Source: Dehalococcoidia bacterium (GTDB taxonomy: Bacteria; Chloroflexota; Dehalococcoidia; Lucifugimonadales; UBA826). Taken from it: a DNA stretch of 64,000 nucleotides. Positions 18,335 to 27,802 of the stretch are shown piece after piece. Numbering within the stretch: position 1 is the stretch's first letter; every line of letters starts with the position of its first letter. A program made the translations under genes and the position numbers. A model generated the notes under the pieces. It saw nothing but the letters and a program-made list of their open reading frames with translations. It was not told where the DNA came from and ran no database searches. Where the stretch lies: positions 9,274 through 73,273 of the forward strand of contig JBJLGX010000022.1 of assembly GCA_045564655.1 (NCBI GenBank), given 5' to 3'.

Positions 18335-19597
18335 ATGACGGATCTAAATGATATGGGAGTATATGCTAAAAAAGCAGCTCGAATATTATCTACATCTTCA
18401 AGTGAATTGCGTGATAAGGCTTTAATAACTATTTCTAAACATTTGTTAAATTCAGAAGACAAAATATTAGAAAAAAATGCTATAGATATTGAAAATGCAG
18501 AAAAAGCAGGTCAAACAGAATCATTTATTGATAGATTGCTACTAACCTCAGAAAGATTGCAGAAAATGGCATCAGATACTGTTAATGTTGCTTCTTTACC
18601 TGATCCTATCGGTGAAGTAATAGAAACTTATACTCGCCCAAATGGTATTGATTTAACCCGTAAAAGGATTCCTTTAGGCGTTATAGGTATTATCTATGAG
18701 AGTAGGCCTAACATAACTGTAGATATTTCTGCATTGTGTTTAAAATCAGGCAATGTTGCCATATTGAGAGGTGGAAGTGAATCATTTCATTCTAATATGA
18801 TTCTTACAGAGATTGTTCAAAATGCTATGGCTGAAGTTGGATTACCTAAAGATTGTGTTCAAATAATAAAAGATACAGATAGAAATCTTGTCGGAGAAAT
18901 GCTCCAGATGGATGAGTATATTGACCTGATGATTCCTAGAGGTGGAATAGAGTTGGTATCTCGTGTTTCTAGAGAAGCGTCAATGCCTGCTATTACGGGA
19001 GGAGTTGGGGTTTGCCATATCTATGTTGATTCAACTTCATCGATAGAAATGGCGACGGAAATTGTTTATAACGCAAAAGTGCAAAGGCCTTCAGTATGTA
19101 ATGCATTGGATACTTTGATAATAGAATCAGGTGCACTAGATTCTCATTTGCCTAGTATTGCCAATGCTTTATCAAATGCGGATGTTGAGATGAGATGTGA
19201 TGAAAGATCGGAAGAAATCCTTAAATCAAATAAAAATATGAAAATTAAAAAGGTATCAACATCAGACTGGGATACGGAACATTTATCACTTATTATGGGC
19301 ATAAAGGTTGTGGATTCGATTGATGAAGCCCTGGATCATATTTTTGAACATAGCACGGGGCATTCAGAATCAATTATTACTGAAAATCAAGATGACGCAA
19401 ATAAGTTTTTAGAAGAAGTTGACTCAAGTGCTGTTATGGTTAACGCCTCTATTAGATTAAATGATGGAGGAGAATTTGGATTGGGAGCGGAAGTAGCAGT
19501 AAGTACAGGAAAAGTTCATGCTAGAGGCCCTATGGGATTAAAAGAATTGACTTCATATAAATGGATAGTGATCGGTAATGGTCAATTAAGAGATTAA
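18335..19597 (+). CDS. proA: Gamma-glutamyl phosphate reductase
   Basis: IYESRPN, VAILRGGSE and the catalytic-Cys region PSVCNALDTL. Follows proB. Confidence 0.95.
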   Translation: MTDLNDMGVYAKKAARILSTSSSELRDKALITISKHLLNSEDKILEKNAIDIENAEKAGQTESFIDRLLLTSERLQKMASDTVNVASLPDPIGEVIETYTRPNGIDLTRKRIPLGVIGIIYESRPNITVDISALCLKSGNVAILRGGSESFHSNMILTEIVQNAMAEVGLPKDCVQIIKDTDRNLVGEMLQMDEYIDLMIPRGGIELVSRVSREASMPAITGGVGVCHIYVDSTSSIEMATEIVYNAKVQRPSVCNALDTLIIESGALDSHLPSIANALSNADVEMRCDERSEEILKSNKNMKIKKVSTSDWDTEHLSLIMGIKVVDSIDEALDHIFEHSTGHSESIITENQDDANKFLEEVDSSAVMVNASIRLNDGGEFGLGAEVAVSTGKVHARGPMGLKELTSYKWIVIGNGQLRD

Positions 19598-19618
19598 ATA
19601 TTGAATTTGAGGTGAGTA

Positions 19619-20590
19619 ATGTTTGATAAAAACCCTTCCTTCTATACTTCTGACATGCAAAAAGAAGTTAAGGATTTTGTTAACTTTCTAGAATCGGAAT
19701 TATCAAAAGTTGAGCCAATAAATAAACGTAATCATATTGAAGTACGTCAAGAGCAAGAAGAAGGGGTAGGGAGATTTCCTGCTCCTATAATATCTAAAAA
19801 TGCTACTGAAAGAACAATAAATTCTCCAAATGGACCAATCTCAATGAGAATGTTTGTCCCAAAAGGTGATATACGTGGTATTTATTATCATATACATGGA
19901 GGGGGATGGGTTTTGGGAACAGCACATCACCAGGATCCTATTTTAGAAGAAATTTCTAATCAGTGTGGGGTTGTTGTGGCAAGCGTAGATTATAGATTGG
20001 CACCGGAACACCCTTACCCTGCACCTAATGATGATTGTGAAAATGCTGGATTATGGGTCCTAGAAGATCTTACAAAGGAATTTAACACCAATAAAGTACT
20101 TATAGGGGGAGAATCAGCAGGAGCACATTTAGCTGTTACTACGATATTAAGATTACGCGATAAGCATGGCTATAAAGGGTTTGTGGGCGCTAATCTACTG
20201 TACGGGGTATATGATCTTTCAGGATCTCCAAGTGCTTATCTTTGGGGCGATCGCCATTTGATTCTAAGTACTCCTATTATGGAATGGTTTACAGATCATT
20301 ATGTTGGGAAAGGAGATATTAGGCGTGAACCTGATGTATCTCCTTTATATGCTAATTTAAATGACATGCCTAGAGCTTTTTTTACAGTTGGGACTCAAGA
20401 TCCATTGCATGATGATACTGTATTTATGTATAACAGATGGCACGCAGCAGGAAATGATGCTAGAAGAAAAGGGTCTTCTGTAGAAATATATGAAGGTGCT
20501 ACTCATGGTTTTGAAAGACAGCCAACCCAATTGGCAGAGGCTTCATTGGCAAGGATTAGAAACTTTATTAGCGATTGCTTGTCCGACTGA
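19619..20590 (+). CDS. Alpha/beta hydrolase, HSL-type esterase/lipase family
   Basis: HGGGW oxyanion motif and the GESAGA nucleophile elbow. Confidence 0.85.
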   Translation: MFDKNPSFYTSDMQKEVKDFVNFLESELSKVEPINKRNHIEVRQEQEEGVGRFPAPIISKNATERTINSPNGPISMRMFVPKGDIRGIYYHIHGGGWVLGTAHHQDPILEEISNQCGVVVASVDYRLAPEHPYPAPNDDCENAGLWVLEDLTKEFNTNKVLIGGESAGAHLAVTTILRLRDKHGYKGFVGANLLYGVYDLSGSPSAYLWGDRHLILSTPIMEWFTDHYVGKGDIRREPDVSPLYANLNDMPRAFFTVGTQDPLHDDTVFMYNRWHAAGNDARRKGSSVEIYEGATHGFERQPTQLAEASLARIRNFISDCLSD

Positions 20591-21830
20591 GATTCATATA
20601 TAAGAATATGGTAATGGCATACCCCGACACGCCGATTAAAAAGATTGGAGTATAGCTTTCAGCCCAACTTATTGAAAATGCACCAATACTTGGCCCTAAT
20701 CCTAAAGATATTGTTCGTGCGAGGCCTGCTATTCCCTGAACTGTTCCAAATGATTCTCTGTTAAATATCGATGCCAATAACATAGTTCCTAATACAAATG
20801 TTATTGTTGTAACTGATGTCCATATTAAAGATATAGAAAAAGAGATAATTCCCGGTGAACTTATCAAGAATAAACTAGTCATTAGCATGCAAGCCAAAAT
20901 TACTGATATGGCAACAGCTTTTATATTCGTTTTATCAATAATTAATCCCCAAATAGGTATGAAAAATCCACCTAGTAGATTACCCAGAGTTAAAGCTAAT
21001 GAAGCTGTAATTTGAGAAGTTCCGCTATCGACTAAAAATGGGACTAGTTGAAATATAATCATAGATGTACAAATTACAGCTGCCCCATCTCCTAGTATTA
21101 CAATCCAGAAAGAGGGTAACTTGAGAATTTCTTGAGTCGCCCACTTTTTTTCTTTTTTGAGAGTAATTTTTTCTTTAATGAGATTAGTTTTATTTCCATC
21201 TACTAATAAATCTATTTCTTCTGGTTTATGTCTAATAATTAGAAAAATAGGGATAGATAAAGGAAGTGCTACTAGCCCAAGAACTCTGTAAGCGATTCTC
21301 CAAGAGAAGAAGGTAGACAAGAGTGTAATAATTTGTAAATTAGTTGATTCTCCAAATATCCTACTAAAGGCAGTAACTCCTAGAGCTGTATTCTTTTTTG
21401 ACTCAAAGAAATTTACAGCAACTGTTCGGGGAACAACATTTTGTAAACTAGGGCCTGCGATTGCTCGTACAATAATATATACGAAAAAGAATTGCCATAG
21501 TGTTTGCACATTTCCTAAAATAATCAAGCCTACACTTACAAATAATGCAGCTAGAAACATTATCCAGCGTGGCCCAAATTTATCCACTCCTCTTCCGATG
21601 AATGGGCTAATTGACCCTGCCCCCCAAGTCCCAAAAGTAGCTGCTAATGCGATAGTTTTTCTGTCCCAAGACATATTGGTTACAATTAAATCTTGAACTC
21701 CACCAAAAGTCGATTGAGCTAAACTTGTTGCGATGAATTGACCAAATCCAATGACTATTAGAATTAACCAGCCATAAAAAAAAGGAGTATTAGGATGCCA
21801 TTCATATATTTGATTTATAAAAGATTTCAA
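20568..21830 (-). CDS. MFS transporter
   Basis: Polytopic membrane protein with two six-helix halves. Its 3' end overlaps the convergent esterase gene by 23 nt. Confidence 0.8.
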   Translation of the reverse strand: MKSFINQIYEWHPNTPFFYGWLILIVIGFGQFIATSLAQSTFGGVQDLIVTNMSWDRKTIALAATFGTWGAGSISPFIGRGVDKFGPRWIMFLAALFVSVGLIILGNVQTLWQFFFVYIIVRAIAGPSLQNVVPRTVAVNFFESKKNTALGVTAFSRIFGESTNLQIITLLSTFFSWRIAYRVLGLVALPLSIPIFLIIRHKPEEIDLLVDGNKTNLIKEKITLKKEKKWATQEILKLPSFWIVILGDGAAVICTSMIIFQLVPFLVDSGTSQITASLALTLGNLLGGFFIPIWGLIIDKTNIKAVAISVILACMLMTSLFLISSPGIISFSISLIWTSVTTITFVLGTMLLASIFNRESFGTVQGIAGLARTISLGLGPSIGAFSISWAESYTPIFLIGVSGYAITIFLYMNLSRTSNR

Positions 21831-21954
21831 TAGCCTTATCCAGATAAAATATTAATCAAAATAGTACTAATAATAAATTATATTCTCCATGGTAGGATTG
21901 GTACAAATAACTTATTAACAAATTCATATAAAAAAATAATGTGGAGCGCATTTT

Positions 21955-22758
21955 ATGGAAGATAAAGTAAAAAGAGCTGGAAGATTAATGTATGAAGAAT
22001 TTCAAAATAATGTTCCTTTTTCTATGTTGGAAGAAAACAGACCTGAGGGTATTGATGAAGCATATGCGATTCAAAATGAATATACGTGCTTACAAGTTAA
22101 GAATAATTCAGACAGTTTTTCTGGATATAAGATTGCATTTACTACAGATGTAATGCAGAAGCATTTTGGTATGGACCAACCTGCTTACGGAAGAATACTT
22201 ACGTCAAATGTTTTTGAATCTCCTCATTATTTTAACTCAGCTGATTTTTCAAGATTGGGAGTTGAATGTGAAATAGCGATAACAATTGGTAAAGATATCT
22301 CTCTTGAATCTGATGAAATAAATAAAAATGTAGTGTTTGATTCAGTTGAGAGCATAGCATTATCTTTTGAAATAATTGATCCTCGACAGAGTCAAATAGA
22401 AAATATATCTCCTCTTGATATGATTGCTATGAATGTTTCTGGGGCAGGAGTTTTAATGGGAAATAAAATTAATAATTGGCAAAATATTGATTTGCCAAAT
22501 TCAAAATGTCAATTGATGATAGATGGACAAACAATCGGTACGGGATATGGAAAAGATGTTGATGGGCACCCAATATTACCAATAATTTGGTTAGCTAAGA
22601 AATTGTCTGATCAGGGGAATTATTTAAAAGCTGGTGACATTGTTGTTACTGGCAGTATGTTGCCTCCTACTTTTTTGGGAAATAGAGATGCTACTGGACA
22701 GAGTTCTGCAATTTTGACAATGGATAAATTGGGTCAAGTGATTTTGAATTTCAAGTAA
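21955..22758 (+). CDS. 2-keto-4-pentenoate hydratase-like (FAH fold, MhpD family)
   Basis: Length and pattern of the MhpD/HpcG family (...GYKIAFTT..., ...GDIVVTGS...). Confidence 0.7.
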   Translation: MEDKVKRAGRLMYEEFQNNVPFSMLEENRPEGIDEAYAIQNEYTCLQVKNNSDSFSGYKIAFTTDVMQKHFGMDQPAYGRILTSNVFESPHYFNSADFSRLGVECEIAITIGKDISLESDEINKNVVFDSVESIALSFEIIDPRQSQIENISPLDMIAMNVSGAGVLMGNKINNWQNIDLPNSKCQLMIDGQTIGTGYGKDVDGHPILPIIWLAKKLSDQGNYLKAGDIVVTGSMLPPTFLGNRDATGQSSAILTMDKLGQVILNFK

Positions 22759-22781
22759 TAAATTTATGGGATTTTAACGAT

Positions 22782-23621
22782 ATGACAGATTTTAAAAAAA
22801 AAGTAGCTATAGTGACAGGAGGGGCTCAAGGTATAGGTGGAGGGATAGCTCGGCAGATGGCATCTGTTGGCATTAAAGTTTTGGTGGCAGATATTGATAT
22901 AGATTTAGCAGACAACACAGCGTCAGAAATAAATAGTAAAGGAGGCGATGCCTTTTCTGTTAAAACAGATGTCACCTCTTATTCTGAAGTAAAGGAAATG
23001 ATAAATGTTGCCCAAAACCGTTGGGGTAGAGTGGATTATTTTATAAATAATGCCTATAGTGCAGGTTCCGCTACTATAGGTGGGGTGACTGAGGTGTCGG
23101 AGTCTCAGTGGGATATGGATATGAGGGCATTGGTCACATCAGTATATGCAGGGTCAAAATATGTCATTCCTGTTATGACTGATGGAGGGGGAGGTTCTAT
23201 TGTAAACATTTCTTCCGTCCATGGAATTCTTGTATCTAAAAAAGCTTTAACATATGAAACAGGAAAAGCTGCAATTATAGCTATGACACGACAAATGGCT
23301 GTTGATTATGGAAAATTTGGAATCAGAGTAAATTCTATTTCTCCGGGACATATAGTTACTGAACGATTAGGTAAAAGATGGGAAAATAATCCGTCAGGAT
23401 TGAAGTTTTTTGAAGATCAATACCCTGTAAGGCGCACAGGGTTACCTGAAGATATAGGTAATGCTGCTGTATTTTTATGTTCAGATGAAGCATCTTTTAT
23501 AACAGGGCATAATTTAGTGGTAGATGGCGGCTTGTCAATTCAATTACAAGAAGATTTAGCTGTTCAGCAGGGACATTATATAAAAGAAAATCCTGACACT
23601 GAAATGCCATATAAAAAATGA
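22782..23621 (+). CDS. Short-chain dehydrogenase/reductase
   Basis: TGGAQGIGG, NNAY and YETGKAA (YxxxK). Confidence 0.9.
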   Translation: MTDFKKKVAIVTGGAQGIGGGIARQMASVGIKVLVADIDIDLADNTASEINSKGGDAFSVKTDVTSYSEVKEMINVAQNRWGRVDYFINNAYSAGSATIGGVTEVSESQWDMDMRALVTSVYAGSKYVIPVMTDGGGGSIVNISSVHGILVSKKALTYETGKAAIIAMTRQMAVDYGKFGIRVNSISPGHIVTERLGKRWENNPSGLKFFEDQYPVRRTGLPEDIGNAAVFLCSDEASFITGHNLVVDGGLSIQLQEDLAVQQGHYIKENPDTEMPYKK

Positions 23622-23770
23622 TTTATTTCCTTGAAATATTGGTAATTTGTGCCTCGATAGTTTAGAATAGCAACATTATGAAACAGCATAAATTTTTTAT
23701 TATTTTACAAAAAATTAATGATATTGAAGGTTTTTTTTAAATAAACTCGGGCTGTTTGTATTTAATAGAA

Positions 23771-23805
23771 AAAAAAGCCTGAGGTTTACCAAAGGCTTTT
23801 TTGTT
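23771..23805 (+). terminator. Hairpin flanked by A- and T-runs (bidirectional terminator-like)
   Basis: The sequence aaaaaagcct-gaggtttaccaa-aggctttttt forms a 10-bp stem including A-U pairs and is followed by a T-run. It ends 3 nt before the AGGAG RBS of the DUF1800 gene. Confidence 0.45.
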
Positions 23806-23819
23806 ATAGGAGTAAAATA

Positions 23820-25223
23820 ATGTCTAGCAATGATCTTAAATTAAAAGCTCACTTGTTACGTAGAGCTGGGTTTGGCTCAACTAGATCAGAATTAGAAGCA
23901 CTTCAAGATAAATCGTATGAGGAAGTGGTAGAAGATTTATTATTTCCCGAAAGATTTCCTGATTTAGATGAAGATTATATTAATCGTTATAACCCAGATG
24001 TTTCTTATCATGATATTCATCCGGCTAATTCAGGTAAATGGGTCTGGAGGATGATTAACACCAAAAGGCCTTTAGAAGAAAAGATTGCTCTTTTTTGGCA
24101 CCATGTATTTGCTACCGCTTGGTACAAAGGAGAACATACTCCGAGCCAGTTGGCTCAGATAGATACATTCAGAAAAAATGGATTGTCTGATATAAATACA
24201 ATCCTTCTTGATTTATCGAAGGACCCTGCAATGAATTATTGGTTAGATAATTGCGAAAATCATTCGACCCAGCCTAATGAAAATTGGGGAAGGGAATTAT
24301 TAGAATTATTTTCTATGGGTGTTGGTAATTACTCTGAAGATGATATAAAAAATGCAGCTAGGGCTTTTACCGGATGGACTTTTGAACAGCCACAGCCTCT
24401 TTATCCATATGGTAGTTACGAGACATCTTTTATTTATAATGAAAGTGATCATGATAATGGTGAGAAGACGTTCCTTGGCCAGACTGGTAATTTTAATGGA
24501 GAAGACATAATAGACATTATTAGTGAACAAAAGGCTACGTCAAAATTTATATGTAGGCATTTGTATACTTTTTTTGTAGAAGATGAGCCTCAAGTCCATA
24601 CATGGAGCATTGAATCGCCTAGAAATCCACAGGCCCTTGAACAGTTAATTAATGTGTTTGATAAAAATGATGGTCAAATAAAGCCGTTATTGAGATTCCT
24701 TTTTAATTCTGATTTTTTTAAAAATGCGATGTTTAAGAAAGTTAAAAATCCTGCAGAATTAGTTGCAGGAACAATGAAAGTGGTTGGAAAATATTCTGTC
24801 ATTCCTCAAGATGGAGAGGTTGTTGCAACATTGAATAGCAAAGTGTCGGTAATGGGTCAAGATCTAATGAATCCCCCTACAGTTGAAGGATGGCATACAG
24901 GTCAGGAATGGATTGATGGAGGTACTTTAAACGAAAGAGTTAATTTTGCTGTAGATCAATTTAATGACCCAACATCTCCAGGAATTAAAGATATTTTAGA
25001 AAGATTAGGCAAACAAATAAATTCAAAAGATCTTTTAGATAAATGCTTGGATTTGGTGGGACCATTAGAAGTATCCGAAGATACTTATGGAGCTTTACAA
25101 AAATATGCTAATGCGGTCGGAGACATTAGCCTAGATGGGAATGAATCTAAACAAGAAAATATAGAGAAAATTACAAGAATGATTCAATTAATTGTTTCAA
25201 CTCGGGAATATCAATTTGCGTAG
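23820..25223 (+). CDS. DUF1800 family protein (no signal peptide)
   Basis: HLLRRAGFG near the N-terminus, then LFWHHVF, DPAMNYWLDN, NENWGRELLELFSMGVGNY and ARAFTGW. Confidence 0.85.
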   Translation: MSSNDLKLKAHLLRRAGFGSTRSELEALQDKSYEEVVEDLLFPERFPDLDEDYINRYNPDVSYHDIHPANSGKWVWRMINTKRPLEEKIALFWHHVFATAWYKGEHTPSQLAQIDTFRKNGLSDINTILLDLSKDPAMNYWLDNCENHSTQPNENWGRELLELFSMGVGNYSEDDIKNAARAFTGWTFEQPQPLYPYGSYETSFIYNESDHDNGEKTFLGQTGNFNGEDIIDIISEQKATSKFICRHLYTFFVEDEPQVHTWSIESPRNPQALEQLINVFDKNDGQIKPLLRFLFNSDFFKNAMFKKVKNPAELVAGTMKVVGKYSVIPQDGEVVATLNSKVSVMGQDLMNPPTVEGWHTGQEWIDGGTLNERVNFAVDQFNDPTSPGIKDILERLGKQINSKDLLDKCLDLVGPLEVSEDTYGALQKYANAVGDISLDGNESKQENIEKITRMIQLIVSTREYQFA

Positions 25224-25239
25224 GTAAAAGGACAACATT

Positions 25240-26397
25240 ATGACGACAGTGCAGAAAAAAGAAACAGTTTTTGTGGTTGTGCAACTTAGCGGTGGCAACG
25301 ATTTCATGAATACACTCGTCCCCTACTCTAATCCTGTTTATTATGATAATCGTAAATTACTTAACATTCCGGCAGAAGACGTTTTGCCCTTAAACGATTC
25401 TCTTGGATGGCATCCAGAGATGGCTCCTATAAAAGATTTGTATGATCGAGATATGGTTGCTGTTGTTCAAGGTATTGGTTATCCAGATTCTAATAGAAGT
25501 CATTTTAGGGGTATGGATATATGGCATACATGTACTCCGGATGAAGTATCGACTGTAGGATGGCTTGGTTCAACTTTGGAGCAATTAGATCCTAGGGGAG
25601 AGAATCCTCTGACAGGAATTAATTTTGGGGTTGGATTGCCTAAAGCAATGACTAAAATGGGCGTTCCTGTTACTAGTGTTTCTAATTTGGATACATATGG
25701 GTTGATGAGTGGTATAGGTGCTAGCGAACAGAGAGATGAAGCACTAGAGATTTTTAAGAATATGTATGCTCAAGCCATTGGGACGGGTCCAGTTATGGAT
25801 TATTTATCCCAGACTGGCAATGATGTTTTGAAGGGGGCGGATATCATCAAAGTAGCTCCTGAAAAATATGAGTCTACGATTGAATATGGGAATAGTTCGA
25901 TTGCAAAATCACTTAGGGATGTTGCTCGTGTTCACACAGCTGGGTTAGGGTCTCGAATATTTTATACTCAACAAGGTGGCTATGATACGCACGCAAATCA
26001 ACTTCCTTCTCAACCTGGATTATTTAGAGACTTATCAAGAGCTGTAGCAGATTTTTTTGATGATCTTGCAGAGCATGATGCTGATGACAATGTTGTTATG
26101 TTGATTTTCAGTGAATTTGGCAGACGTATTTACGATAATGGTTCTGGAACAGATCATGGCTCAGGTGGTGGAGCATTTTTAGTTGGTAAACCAATAAAAG
26201 GAGGCCTGTATTCTGAGTACCCATCTTTGGATAAAGATCGTTGGGCTAAGGGGGAAGATTTAGAACATACTATTGATTATCGTGGAATATATGGAACTGT
26301 TTTAGAGCAATGGTTAGATCTTGAGGCGTCACCCATCGTCTTAGGGGACTTTGAACAAATAAAGCCTTTCAGGGATGAATTTTATGCTACAAAATAA
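25240..26397 (+). CDS. DUF1501 family protein (sulfatase/alkaline-phosphatase-like), no Tat leader
   Basis: VFVVVQLSGGNDFMNTLVP, RSHF, GGYDTHANQ, SEFGRR and GTDHG. Confidence 0.85.
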   Translation: MTTVQKKETVFVVVQLSGGNDFMNTLVPYSNPVYYDNRKLLNIPAEDVLPLNDSLGWHPEMAPIKDLYDRDMVAVVQGIGYPDSNRSHFRGMDIWHTCTPDEVSTVGWLGSTLEQLDPRGENPLTGINFGVGLPKAMTKMGVPVTSVSNLDTYGLMSGIGASEQRDEALEIFKNMYAQAIGTGPVMDYLSQTGNDVLKGADIIKVAPEKYESTIEYGNSSIAKSLRDVARVHTAGLGSRIFYTQQGGYDTHANQLPSQPGLFRDLSRAVADFFDDLAEHDADDNVVMLIFSEFGRRIYDNGSGTDHGSGGGAFLVGKPIKGGLYSEYPSLDKDRWAKGEDLEHTIDYRGIYGTVLEQWLDLEASPIVLGDFEQIKPFRDEFYATK

Positions 26398-27415
26398 AGA
26401 ATTACTTCGATCCGGGTTTCCGTATTTTATGACCTTAGGTCAAAGAAGAGTTACTTCAACACCGATGGATATAGGGTTTGGAAAAGAAAAAATTTATATT
26501 CTGGTTCGGAACTTAAATTTGGGAACATATATACGAGTTATTAATTGGGAAGATGATAACTTAGGAACTATTGGAGGTCCTGAAGGGACAAGATCCCCGT
26601 CTCCTGGTAATGAAAATATCAAGGACGCTTCGTTTCAATGGCCAGCAGGATTACTGGTCGATGATGAGGAAAACTTATATGTTACTGACGAAGCTAAGCA
26701 CTCTGTTGTTGTTATGAATCAAGATGGAGACCATCTTGATTCTTGGGGTGAATATGGAGCGGGGGAAGCACAACTTAATAGGCCGTCTGGGATGTCTTTT
26801 GATGGGGAAGGTAATATTCTTTTATCAGACACAATGAATAATAGATTGCAAAGATTTACTAAGGACGGTAAACATTTACAGACTATTGGTGAGGATGTAC
26901 TAAATAATCCTTGGGGTGTTTGTGTAGATGCGGATGATGATATTTATGTTGCGGATTGGAAGAATGATAGAGTTGTTAAATTTAATCCAGATGGTATAAA
27001 ACTGCAAACTATAGGGTCATCTGGAAGTGGGAAAGGACAATTTTCTAGACCTTCATCCGTAGCAGTGGACATTCATGGAGATATCTATGTTGCAGATTGG
27101 CAAAATAACAGAGTCCAGCTTTTTGATAATTCAGGTAAATACATACAAAGTTTTCATGGCGACGCCACTTTATCTAAATCAGGCTTAATGTATATTATGG
27201 CAAATCCTGTCACATTACGCCTTAGGGAAATGGCAGACTTTGAGAAGACTCAAAGATTAGATGTTCCTATGATGGTTAAAGTTGATAAAGAGTTAAGGTT
27301 GTTTATAACTGATACTGGTAATCATAGAATCCAAGTTTACAAAAAGGATGCGATAGAATTATCTGAAGATCAGATAGCCCCTCCTATGCGTAACCCTATT
27401 TTGTTTACTACGTAG
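26375..27415 (+). CDS. NHL-repeat beta-propeller protein
   Basis: Repeated units of the type NRPSGMSFD..GNILLSD..NNRLQRF, PWGVCVD..IYVADW.NDRVVKF and SRPSSVAVD..IYVADWQNNRVQLF. Confidence 0.8.
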   Translation: MNFMLQNKELLRSGFPYFMTLGQRRVTSTPMDIGFGKEKIYILVRNLNLGTYIRVINWEDDNLGTIGGPEGTRSPSPGNENIKDASFQWPAGLLVDDEENLYVTDEAKHSVVVMNQDGDHLDSWGEYGAGEAQLNRPSGMSFDGEGNILLSDTMNNRLQRFTKDGKHLQTIGEDVLNNPWGVCVDADDDIYVADWKNDRVVKFNPDGIKLQTIGSSGSGKGQFSRPSSVAVDIHGDIYVADWQNNRVQLFDNSGKYIQSFHGDATLSKSGLMYIMANPVTLRLREMADFEKTQRLDVPMMVKVDKELRLFITDTGNHRIQVYKKDAIELSEDQIAPPMRNPILFTT

Positions 27416-27782
27416 ATTTTGATCTTTTATCTCGTATAAATTGAGCATAATCTAAAACGGATTTCCATTCTTCATCTGAAAGATCACTAATATCTGCTAA
27501 TCTATCTAGGTATTCTTGATTTATTTCGGGAACGTTATAATGCTCAGTTTCAATATATCCTGACAATACAGCTAGTACGGCATATGGCAATCTTAGAGTA
27601 TGAGAAATTTTCTTTAATGTTTTAACAGTTGGTTGTATTTTGCCATTTTCTAGGTGAGTTATGTAACTTCCACTCATCTCGATCGTTGCTGACAATTGTC
27701 TTTGAGACAATTGCCTTGCCTCTCTTGCCTCTTTAACAATCTTTGCAAGTTTTTTATAAGGAAACTCTGTATCTTTTGACAT
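27408..27782 (-). CDS. XRE-family helix-turn-helix transcriptional regulator
   Basis: The segment QLSQRQLSATIEMSGSYITHLENGKIQPTVKTLKKI is a classic HTH_XRE. It lies 20 nt downstream of the enolase-superfamily gene. Confidence 0.85.
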   Translation of the reverse strand: MSKDTEFPYKKLAKIVKEAREARQLSQRQLSATIEMSGSYITHLENGKIQPTVKTLKKISHTLRLPYAVLAVLSGYIETEHYNVPEINQEYLDRLADISDLSDEEWKSVLDYAQFIRDKRSKST

Positions 27783-27802
27783 ATCTGAATTATATTGGTT
27801 TT

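Noticed and set aside
23678-23737. A 19-codon ORF (MKQHKFFIILQKINDIEGFF) in the leader of the DUF1800 operon, considered as a possible attenuator leader peptide.
   Set aside because: There is no RBS before the ATG and no run of a regulatory amino acid.
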